From Octopus vulgaris (Eukaryota): 64,000 bases of DNA. Shown one piece after another: positions 42,648 through 56,471 of the stretch. How positions within the stretch are numbered: position 1 is the stretch's first letter; each line of letters begins with the position of its first letter. Under the pieces are notes generated by a model, which saw only the letters and a list, made by a program, of their open reading frames with translations, was not told the DNA's origin and made no database searches. The position numbers were made by a program, and so were the translations under genes. Location: NCBI GenBank assembly GCA_951406725.2, contig OX597833.1, positions 28,272,001 to 28,336,000 of the forward strand, given 5' to 3'.

Positions 42648-43903
42648 TGGTTGGGGTAGAGGGGTTGTCTGTTGGTGTTAGGAGGTCCTGTGTGTTTGTT
42701 ATATTCCTTGTTGTGAAATATGGTTCGGGTTCGTGGTTGTGGATAGAATGGGGTGTTCCTGTATTGCGGGTGTTGGTGTGTGTTTCTTTGTGTTGTGATG
42801 GATTGTGGTGATATGAGTGGCCTGCGTGGGTGCTTGTATCGAGTGGTATGGGTTTGTTGTGTATTGTGAGAGTTGAGAAAGTGAAAATTACCTTGTTGTC
42901 CCCTCGTGGTGTGGATGTTGTTGTGTCTATCCTGGTAGTGGGATCCTCTTTTATTTGTTAATAAGGTATTCGAGTAGTTGTTGAGTTGTTGTGTGTAGCG
43001 TCTCCTTGAAGAGGGAAATTCGTTAATGTAATTCTGGTGGTGAGAGTTTCCAGGGTTCTTGTTCCTCCTTATGGACGTGGGGTAAGAAGGTACATCTTCA
43101 ATATGCTGTTTCCTTCTTTTGTTCAAGGTTGGAGGGTTGGCGGAGTAGTTGTGTGGTTGGGTTCCTGGTTTTCCCATTTTTATGAACGGGTTATTGGAAG
43201 AGTAATCCGTTTTGAAAGTCGATTCATAGTTTAGGAACCAGGCGGCACTTTTTTCCCAGCGTTGTAGGGATTTTAGTTCCTCTTTGTTGCAGTCATCTTT
43301 CCATAACTTGGAGATCTTCTCTATGTGTAGGCTTTCGGCCTTGTTATTTATTACGAGGAGGATCTCTTCATCGATTGTTTTGACTCTTTCCTCATTTGTT
43401 TGGGCCCTTAATTTGAGAAGTTCAATCTCTGTTTTCAGTCTCTCTAATGCCATTCTTTCCCTAAGTCGTCTTTGAGGTTCAGGTTCATTGGGAATGGCTT
43501 TTAATTGTATTTTGCGGGGAAGAGTTAGAGGAGTAGAGTTCATCCATTTTTCGTATATCTCGGCCTTGTTGTTGTTTCTAATCATTTTCCAGAAGGAGAA
43601 CTTTCTGTCTCTGAGGGATTTGTTCCATTCTGGGATTATATGATTTTTCAGTTTGTATGAATCAATTTGACATGGTTCTTCTTTGTTTTTGGCTGGGTTG
43701 GTGGTGGTGAAAAAGGTGTGGATCGTATCACACAGAGTTTGTAGCTTATCGCCGATTTCGGAGGGTTTGTGTCCGGTAATGGTTTCCTCATTAGTAGAGT
43801 CCAATTTGTTGACTAGTACAGAGAGGTTGGTGTTGATGTTTTTGAGTTCCTGTAGGATTTCTTCGTTTAAGTTGATTAGGGTGGTTTCAGTTTTTGTAGG
43901 CAT
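42608..43903 (-). CDS. PLE ORF1, 431 aa, coiled-coil core plus low-complexity N/R/Q/H-rich tail
   Basis: Uninterrupted ORF from MPTKTETT to HFLDTAHRYRQTK*. Heptad-like stretches (LINLNEEILQELKNINTNLSVLVNKL; LERLKTEIELLKLRAQTNEERVKTIDEEI). Confidence 0.8.
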   Translation of the reverse strand: MPTKTETTLINLNEEILQELKNINTNLSVLVNKLDSTNEETITGHKPSEIGDKLQTLCDTIHTFFTTTNPAKNKEEPCQIDSYKLKNHIIPEWNKSLRDRKFSFWKMIRNNNKAEIYEKWMNSTPLTLPRKIQLKAIPNEPEPQRRLRERMALERLKTEIELLKLRAQTNEERVKTIDEEILLVINNKAESLHIEKISKLWKDDCNKEELKSLQRWEKSAAWFLNYESTFKTDYSSNNPFIKMGKPGTQPHNYSANPPTLNKRRKQHIEDVPSYPTSIRRNKNPGNSHHQNYINEFPSSRRRYTQQLNNYSNTLLTNKRGSHYQDRHNNIHTTRGQQGNFHFLNSHNTQQTHTTRYKHPRRPLISPQSITTQRNTHQHPQYRNTPFYPQPRTRTIFHNKEYNKHTGPPNTNRQPLYPNHFLDTAHRYRQTK

Positions 43904-44003
43904 TTTCTGTATCTCGTGCGGGGATATGATATTTAAAAAAAGGGAGATGTCGAACACGAGTGGTGATATATAAAAAAGGAAATGAAGAAAATGCTGACAA
44001 ATA

Positions 44004-44103
44004 NNNNNNNNNNNNNNNNNNNNNNNNNNNNNNNNNNNNNNNNNNNNNNNNNNNNNNNNNNNNNNNNNNNNNNNNNNNNNNNNNNNNNNNNNNNNNNNNN
44101 NNN
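44004..44103. other. Assembly gap (100 N)
   Basis: Exactly 100 Ns, a typical placeholder for a gap of unknown size. Confidence 1.
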
Positions 44104-45804
44104 TACAGACAGAAATCAGGGACGGCAATGGGAACGAAAACAGCTCCCACTTACGCCAACTTAGTCATGGGATACCTGGAAATCACCCTCTATAATAACG
44201 TTCTTAACCAATTTGGCACCACTCTCCACACACACATAGAGAAGAACTGGAAGAGATATCTTGATGACTGCTTCATCCTTTGGCCCGAAACCGTCGAGAA
44301 GCTTAACGAATTTCACACTCTTATAAATGGGCTCAACACAAACATTATTTTCACAATGGAATACAGCCCTCAACAAATTCCCTTCCTCGACATCCTCATT
44401 AAAATTCACAACAAAAAAATAGAAACAGACATATACTACAAGCCCACAGACTCCAAGCAATACCTCCCTTTCAATTCATGCCACCCTAGACACGTTAAAA
44501 TTAACATTCCCTACAACTTAGCCAAGAGAATTTGCACTATAGTCTCCAATAAAAACACCCGTCTCTTACGTCTACAAGAACTCAAGGGCACATTAACAAG
44601 CAGGGATTACCCCACGTCACTAATTGACAATGGGATCCAACGCGCCCTAAAACTCAGCACGCAGGAACTTAGACGCCCTAAACCTGTTACATCGAAACCC
44701 CATACTCTACCATACATCTCTACACACAACCCCTCAACAATGAAGCTTTTGACACCATCCTCCAGAACATTTTCCTGTATTACAAAAGGACCATAGAATG
44801 AACCAAATCCTCCTAACACACGAAATCATAAAGAGCAAAAGGCAACCCAAATCATTGAAAACCATCCTAACAAATGCCAAAGTACTGCCAACCACAACAA
44901 CTAAACCCACAGTAAACAAATGCAATAGACCCAACTGTGGTATATGCATCAACCTAATAGAAGGTCCGGAATTCCTTTTTAAACAAGGACAACGTTTCAC
45001 AGTAAAACACAACTTCACATGCGCATCAGAAAACCTAGTATATGTCTTAACTTGCTCGGGCTGTAATGAACACTACATAGGCCAAACAAAAAATAGCCTC
45101 CGCCAACGCATGACTGTCCACAGATCCCAAATAAAAATACAGGAATATAGAAAAATAGCATTTAGTGCACATATTGATACCTGTGCCGCACAACTCCATC
45201 CCAATTTTAGAATCTTTCCCCTCTACAAATTTAAAGACAATGCCACTCATACCCAGCGAATAACCATGGAATCCCACCTTATTAATAAATACAGACCACT
45301 TCTAAACACATGCCCCTAACACGAACCCACAACAAACACACTTACACCTGCACACACCATACACACACCTTTACCCAGATATTAACACCATGACACACAC
45401 AAATATATGGTTCCACACATACACATAATTGAATACGGGTGCAAAACATCCAACACTATTTTTTGGAAATGGCTGTAAATATTGACTTCACACAAATACG
45501 TTGCTTCCCGATACAGGCACAAGGCCAGCAGAACTATAAATATTGAAAATTGTACCCACACACACACACATATATACACGCGCGCGCGCCCCAACATACA
45601 TATAAACACACACACGCGCGCGCGCGCGCACACACATACATAGATACATACAGCTCTCTCCTGTTCTAAACGAACTTACTTATCCAGTCAAGCGGAAAAT
45701 ACACTCCCTAACTACGCGCTAAAAAGCTATTTAAAATATCCACATGACGTCTACTGACCAGCCTGAACAATAAGAATTTTCAACAACACTATTTTCGAAA
45801 ATTC

Positions 45805-46010
45805 TAAACATTCACGTGACCTCTTTATTATGGCCAATAAGAAATTTTAGGCGGGACACTAGCCAAATTTTAACTTCTCTGGAGCCTTTTTTCTTACCCC
45901 AACACCAACTTCCATTCAAACATTCACGTGACCCCTTCATGATGACCAATCAAAATTTTAGGCGCGAAACCAAGCAAATCCCAAACAACTCTGGAGCCTC
46001 TTTTTTTCAC
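45805..46010 (+). promoter_or_regulatory. Duplicated 112-bp promoter-like module in pLTR (E-box, CCAAT, E2F-like)
   Basis: TCACGTGAC at 45812 and 45924; CCAAT at 45834 and 45946; TTTTAGGCGGGA and TTTTAGGCGCGAAA at about 45845 and 45956. Mirrored at 39630-39840. Confidence 0.5.
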
Positions 46011-46032
46011 ATATAAGAGACAGACTCTAATC

Positions 46033-46082
46033 TCTCTTTTATATTTTGATAAGCATAACAAATGCGCAACCGGTAAAAAGAA
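46033..46082 (+). ncRNA. Variant minimal hammerhead ribozyme in PLE pLTR (second copy)
   Basis: TTGATAA 46046-46052, GCAT/ATGC helix II 46053-46065, GCAA 46066-46069, CCGG 46070-46073, TA 46074-46075. Confidence 0.65.
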
Positions 46083-46184
46083 CTTTCACCTAATTAAATT
46101 ACTTAAATTACTTCAATTATTTGTCAGCATTTTCTTCATTTCCTTTTTTATATATCACCACTCGTGTTCGACATCTCCTTTTTT

Positions 46185-49200
<3,016 letters not shown>

Positions 49201-49214
49201 ACATATATATGATG

Positions 49215-49935
49215 ATACCTCTTTCCAAGTGCACATTACCAGGATGGCGACAAAGTGCAGACGGCTGGCTAGGTGGATCCTAAGAACATTCAGGACCAGA
49301 GATAAGGAAACCATGATGGTCCTCTGGCGGACATTCGTCCTCAGTCGCCTGGATTACTGCTCTCAGCTATGGTTACCCATCAGTGTAAAATTAACAGCGG
49401 ACCTTGAAGCAATCCAGTGAAGATTCACAAAGAAGATCATCTCTTTGCAACAGCTCAGCTATTGGGAAAGGTTGAAACAGCTAAGACTCTACTCCCTGGA
49501 GAGAAGACAGGAGAGGTATGCAGTGATATATGTCTGGAAGATCCTGGAAGGAATTGTGCCAAATTTTGGCATTGTAAGCTACACCAATGCTAGAACGGGA
49601 TGACACTGCATAGTGCCAAAGATCCCAGCAATGCCATCACGCTTCAGGACCAGCTTCTGCAACAGCCTGGGTTTCAAGGGCCCACAGCTTTTTAATATTC
49701 TCTCAAAGAGTCTGAGGAACTTGCACAAAGTAGATGTAGCGGTTTTTAAATCAAAGCTGGACACCTTCCTGTCAAGAGTCCCAGATGAACCTACCTCACG
49801 ACAAGAGGTGCAAATGAGAGTAGCTGTATCAAACTCCATTCTTCACCAAGTGCCACATATTAGACGAGGTTCGTCGTAATAACAGTGTAGCACAGTGGTG
49901 CATCAGCATGGCCGCAGCTCTGAGCTGAAACTAGA
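49215..49935 (+). mobile_element. CR1-type LINE 3' fragment
   Basis: [10 protein letters not shown]...[28 protein letters not shown] and FKSKLDTFL, followed by a 3' stem-loop and an A-rich tail. Confidence 0.88.
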
Positions 49936-50004
49936 AAAAAACAAAACAAAAAAAAACATATATATATACATATTTTATTTTTTATTTTTATTTTATTTTA
50001 TTTT

Positions 50005-51060
50005 ATCTAGTTTCAGCTCAAGAGCTGTGGCCATGCTGGGGCACTGCCATTCGGTTTTGCTACATGATCTTACTTTACGAATGCTTTTTAGCAATTGCCA
50101 TTTGGTGCATGAGAGAGTTCGATGCAGCTGCCCTCATCTGCACCTCCTGCCGTGAAGTTGGTTCATCTGGGACACCTGACAGGAAGAATTCCAGTTTTAT
50201 TTTAAAGACATCTGCATCCACCCCATGCAAGTCTCACAGGTCCTTCGGGAGGATATTGAAGAGCTGTGGACCTCTGAAGCCCAGGCTATCACAGTATCTT
50301 GTCCTACATCTTGATTGCAAATTTGGAGTCCTTGGCACTATGCTGTGGTGCCCAGTTCTAGTATTTGTGTAACTCTCAATGCCAAAGCCTGGGACAAGTC
50401 CCTCCAGGATCTTCCAGATGTATATTATGGCATATCTTTCTTGCCTACGCTCTAAGGAATAGAGTCTTAATCTCTTGAGTCTTTCCCAGTAGCTTATATG
50501 CTGCACAGAGGCTATCTTTGTGTAGCTTCATTGGATCACCTCAAGTTCTGTGATTAACTTGACACTGGATGGTGACCATAGCTGAGAGCAATAGTCAAAG
50601 TGGTTAGGACAAGTGTCCTCCAGAGGACCATCATGGTTTCTTGTTCTCTTGTTCTAAAGGTTCTAAGAATCCATCCGGTCAGCCGCCTACATTTCATTGC
50701 CAATTTAGTAACATGCACATGAAAGGTAGCATCATTACTCATGTAAATACCCAGGTCTCGCACTTATTGTGCCTCTGGGATTGCAATCCCTCCAGGTCCA
50801 GTGTATTTATTGGGTATTGCATTTAGTTTTGCATGCTGATAGCATAAAGCTTGAAACTTTTCAGCATTGAACTGCATGCTATTCTTTTCAGCCCACTTGT
50901 ATATTTTGTCCAGCTCACATTGCAGGTGCATAGTGTCTTCAGGGTTCTGTATTGCCTGTGAAACTTTTGTATCGTCTGCATAACTTGTGATCGTGGCTGA
51001 GGGCATGTCTGAGAGGGCCATTATGAACAGTAGTGGTCCCAAAACAGTGCCTTGCCTGCA
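50005..51060 (-). mobile_element. CR1-type LINE 3' fragment (related subfamily), tail-to-tail with the preceding copy
   Basis: QGTVLGPLLF, YADDTK, RDLGI and SYWERLKRLRLYSLERR, with a (TAAAA)n tail. Confidence 0.9.
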
Positions 51061-51204
51061 TCTCATCCAAACTGACTCTCCCTAATTAGTTGGGCTATGA
51101 CCCTCTCCATGCCCTTCATTACCTGATCCAACAGCTTGATACCTCTAATTATTTGTATCTAAAGTATCACCTTTACCTTTGTAGCAGTTGACTATTATGC
51201 TGCT

Positions 51205-51490
51205 ACACCAGTTTGGTTTCTTGCCAGGGAAAAGCACCACTGATGCTATATTTCTGATAAGACAGCTGCAGGAGAAATACCTAGCCAAAGATAAGCCCCT
51301 GTACCTCGCTTTCGTTGACATGGAGAAAGCCTTTGACAGGGTCCCCCCCCCGATCTCTTATCTGGTGGTCAATGAGGAAACTAGGGATAGATGAATGGTT
51401 AGTGAGAGCTGTGCAAGCCATGTACAGGGACGCTATTAGTAAGGTGAGGGTTGGCAACGAGTACACTGAAGAATTCAGGGTAGAGGTAAA
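51205..51490 (+). mobile_element. RTE LINE RT fragment
   Basis: QFGFLPGKSTTDAIFLIRQLQEKY...AFVDMEKAFDRVP, then frameshifted IWWSMRKLGIDEWLV. Confidence 0.88.
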
Positions 51491-51904
51491 AACAAAACCC
51501 ATCAAAGGGCGGAGGAACTCTTGAGAGTCAATGGCCATCCAATAAATGTCTTAAGGCTGTATCATGCGTGGTGACATAGAAATAATCGGACTCAATACCC
51601 GATCACGCGGTTAACCATTGGGAGTGAAGGACTCCTAGCCTTTGTTAGGGCATCCTTCTAGGAGAAGGTAACTCAGGCAACTGGGATAAGTCCAACATAA
51701 AACCTGCGGCTCAGTGGTTACGGAGGATGTTGACTTGTTCTTCTTTTTGGATTATGGCTGCTGTTGCTTAGTGAGTGGGATTGACTCAGTGCACAGCCTT
51801 TCCTCACTTAAAAAGAAAATCTTCTTGCATAGGCATTGCACGATAACAACATTGATTAAGCTTCGTGCAATGGCCATACTCGATAACAAGGGGGCAGCCA
51901 CCAT

Positions 51905-51998
51905 ATGTATATATGTATGTATATACATGTATGTATATATATATGTATATATATGTATGTATATATATATGTATGTATGTATATGTATGTATGTATAT

Positions 51999-52036
<38 letters not shown>

Positions 52037-52179
52037 GTATGTATGTATATATGTATGTATGTATATATGCATATATGTATGTATGTATATATGCATATAT
52101 GTATGTATGTATATATGCATATATGTATGTATGTATATGTATGTATGTATGTATTTATATGTATGTATGTATATGTATG

Positions 52180-52214
<35 letters not shown>

Positions 52215-52219
52215 GTATG

Positions 52220-52254
<35 letters not shown>

Positions 52255-52680
52255 GTATGTATATATATGTATGTATATGTATGTATATATATATATCTAT
52301 GTATGTATGTATATATATATATCTATGTATGTATGTATGTATATATGTATGTATATATGTATGTATGTATATATGTATGTATATATGTATATGTATGTGT
52401 GTATATGTATGTATACGTATGTATGTATATGTATGTATGTATATGTATGTATATGTATATATATGTATGTATATGTATATATATGTATGTATATGCTTGT
52501 ATATGTATATATATGTATGTATATGTATATATATGTATGTATATGCTTGTATATATATGTATGTATATGCTTGTATATATATGTATGTATATATGTATGT
52601 GCATGTATATATATGTAAATATATATACATATATGTATGTATATATATAATGTATATATATGTGTGTGTGTATGTATAGA
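51905..52680. repeat. (TATG)n/(TA)n microsatellite
   Basis: Direct reading. Confidence 0.95.
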
Positions 52681-55600
52681 CATCTAACAGCTTCCAATAC
52701 TGCCATTATTTTAGCATTAGTTTCACCAATCATTATAGTCTTTCGTTATCTTCGTTGTCCATTGTGAGGTCAGTGTTCCCCACTTCATCCCATGACTTCT
52801 TGAATTTTCTTTATTCTCTCTTCCACTGGTTTCATTCACTTACAACACTCTGCACTTCTCTATACAATTGTCATCCTCCATATTTAACACATGCTCATAT
52901 TAACTTAGTCATTTCTCTTGTATATTTTATATAATTCCTTTCATATCCAGTTTTTTTCTCGGCTCATTTGTACTCCATCACATATGTACAATAATATTAT
53001 AAGTCCAGTGAAGAGCATTGAGCTGGCAGGAGTGTTAGCACACTGGGGAAAATGCTTAGCAGCATTTTCTGTGTCTTTATGTTCTGAGTTCAAATGCTGC
53101 TAGGGTCAATGAAATAAGTACTAGCTGAGCACTGGTACTTATTTCATCCTCCCCTAAATTTATACCACTATTTGAAACCAGTATTATAAGTCTAGTGAAG
53201 TATGCTTGCTTCATTCCTTTCTAGTCTTTGCAAACTCTCAGCATTTAGTACCCACATCCTCATTACCATATAGCATCACACTTAGTACATAGGTATCATA
53301 CACTCTGAGAAAGGAACTCTGTCATCAGCAGAGGTAGTAGCTCTCTAAACCTTTTTGTTTCTACTCTAGCCACTTTTTTTTTCTTTTTTTTTTTTGTGTA
53401 CCCACCTTCATTGCTAATTAGGTAACCTTGGTAATGGCAACTATCTACTCTATGGAGTTGTCAGAACATTTTAAGTGAATCTATTTTCTGTATGCTCTTA
53501 GTGCTTACTGCACCTGAGCATCTGCAACATGAAGCCTACTTTCTTTGTTAATCTGCCTGTGATTCCACTACACTTCTTGTGATTCCAAAGTTTATATTTT
53601 GTGTCACATAGGTATACTTATTCATTTTCTGCTGTCATTTACCTGATCATAGAAGTCTTGACTTCTTTTGTATCCACTAATATTTTAGTATTGGCTAAGT
53701 TTGTTTTGAGGATCCTGGAGTGTAGATTTTGTTTTCATCGCTGGACTCTTCTCTAATTCTGCTGCCAATTCAGCTATAAGAACTAGGTCATTAGAATTCC
53801 AACAGATAGATAGAAGACAATAATAAATAGGAACAGAAGAATTAAGTCCGAGTGCCACTTCCCCTACCTGCTCACTAAATTCATTCGGTAGTCATTGCTC
53901 ATTTCATTGATTGCATTGCTATACATGGCTTGCACATCCTCTCAAACCATTCATCTCCTTGTGAGTGGATTTGGTAGACAGAAACTGAAGGAAGCCCATT
54001 GTATATATATGTTTGTCCCCCCACCACATCACTTGACAACCACTGTTGGTGTGTTTATGTCCCTGTAACTTAGTGTTTCAGCAAAAGAGACTGATAAAAT
54101 AAGTATACTAGGCTTAAGAAATAAATCTGTGATGGATTTGTTCTACTAAAACCCCTTAAAGTGGTGGTCCAGCATGGCCACAATCAAATGAATGAAACAA
54201 GGAGAAAATATAGAATAATATATATATATATATTATCTGTGAATGTTAGGAACAAAGAGTATATTTTGGCACCAGTTCAATTTTGGAACAAACAACCCTT
54301 GATGTTTTAAGTTTTTCATGTGTATACTTGCCCCTACTGGTGACCAAGATGTTTGCTGTCCTTCTCTTTTACAAACCTTCCATTATCAGAGCTGTCAAAT
54401 ATGATTAGCAACCATAAGGGAGATTAGTTTACAACCAGTTTGGATTATTTTTGAAGAATACCTGTTATTGTTGCTATTATGAGACCCTGGTTAAATTTCT
54501 ATGGCATGTAAATAGTTCAAGTGGTTGTTTACTCCCTGTTCTATTCTCATTGAGCTGACCAATTCTGAAAGACAAAAACATTCCCATTCTAACCAACTCA
54601 TTTTTTTTATATATTGTATGTTTTATCATCATTTTTAACATAGACTGTGATTTCAAGGCAATTTGATCGTTATGTGTCGCAGTTCAGACTGTCACATAGG
54701 GTAGGCAAGGGCTATCTTTTTTTCAAGAACCAAGCTCTATGAGATATGAGTTGTCACCAGGCAGGCTGCACTACTAAAAAACGTTTGAAGTAATTTTTTG
54801 TTAGACATATCATTCAGAAAGTTCTGCAGACTGTAATTTACCCATGACTGATATAGGGACTACTTCATTGACTCCTTAAATGATTGTTTGGTGGGTGTAA
54901 CCTACAAATCAAGTACTTGAGATATTCCGTACCTCTATTCAGTAGAAGACAATGCTTTGCACTCTGGCATGCAGTAATAAAATCATGCAAAGGGCAATTT
55001 GAAAGCCTGGCCATTTCCTCAATGGTTTGGTGTTTTCCTGCTTTTCTATAGATTCTTTGTGTCCACAGCAAAGATGGGCAAGCAGCAAGGCAGACTTAGA
55101 ATGTGGTTGATAATGATAATTTGCATGTGTTTATGTGGTTATGTTTTGTTATTTCATTGGACAACTATTAGTATTTTTAGGATGGTGCTATAGTAGTTTT
55201 TTTGAGTTTTGCAAATGTGTTTGCTTGTTTAGGAATGATTGTGAAAGCTGGGGCTTCTAGCAGCATCCAGCTCTGCTCCTTGCATGGCCATGTGAGCTTT
55301 AATCTTTAGTATTTTTATTTTAATGAAGTCATGGCTGTGTGGTAAGAAGTTTTCTTCCCAACCGCATGGTTCCAGGTTCAGTCCCACTGCATGGCACCTT
55401 GGGCAAGTGTCTTCTACTATAGCCTTGGGCCAGCTAAAGCCTTGTGAGTGGATTTGGTAGACAGAAACTGAAAGAAGCTTCCCATGTGTGTGTGTGTGTT
55501 TGGCCCCACATACTGCTGGTGTGTTTACATCCCCGTAACTTAGTGATTCAGTAAAGAGACCAATAGAACAAGTATCAGACTTAAAAAAATAGTGTGGAGG

Positions 55601-56280
55601 TCAATACATTTAACTAAAAATTCTTGAAAGTGGTACCCCAGCATGGCCACAGTCTGATGACTGAAACAAGTAAAAGAAAAGCTAGTCTGTGTGTATCCTG
55701 TGATGATGCAAATGCATTATATCATATTCATAGAGAGACTTGAGTAGAGCTGGCATAATCCTTGTTGGATCTAATATATAGTTTGTACATAAATGTTGTT
55801 TTCATCATCATTTAACATCCATGTTGCATGCTAGCATGGGTGCACCATATATTGGTGTCTGCGAGTGCTCTGCATGCATCATTTTGCTTCCTTTACTTTG
55901 GTTTCATGAACTGATTATGTCATAGAGATGTAATATTTTCATTTTCACTATGTTCCATGTTTGTTTTTTAGTGTGTAGGCTGGTGGTATTTATGTTTATT
56001 TGTGTTGCAGGTCAGAGAGTTGAGCTATTTTTAGTACATTTGTTTGGTTCTTGGTTTCTATGTAGCAGAAGTAGTGTCAAAGTATGTAGATATATTATTT
56101 CATCATTCCTCAAACATAGCTGTGTGAGTTTGGAAGGGTTTATATTCACCAGATGCTGCCTGCCCCAGGAAAGGGTAGCAGTTTTCTTCAGTTTGGTGGT
56201 TTTAGCAAAACGGTTGTGTGTAGATGACTAAAAGCAATAGAAAAGGCACTTGCTTCTTTAGTCAGGCTCTCATTGACTTT

Positions 56281-56471
56281 TTAACCCTTTAGCATTTAAA
56301 CAGGCCATATCCAAACTGGTCGGATCCAGCCTCTCACATCTGTCCTACAATGTCATTCTGAAAATAAAGAATCACTTCATTGAAATCTCAAAGTTATGAG
56401 ATACTGCAAGATTAATTCAAAAGAACAAGAATAAGCATTACATTTGACAGAATCTGGATGCTAAAGGTTAA
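56281..56471. mobile_element. piggyBac-like MITE (TTAA-flanked)
   Basis: TTAA-CCCTTTAGCAT...ATGCTAAAGG-TTAA. Other family members at 25430-25605, 31380-31735, 59537-59716 and 62820-63037. Confidence 0.7.

Noticed and set aside
43904-44128. N-terminal extension of the 506-aa ORF and other ORFs running through the Ns
   Set aside because: Artefacts of translating across the assembly gap; the first credible ATG of ORF1 is at 43903.
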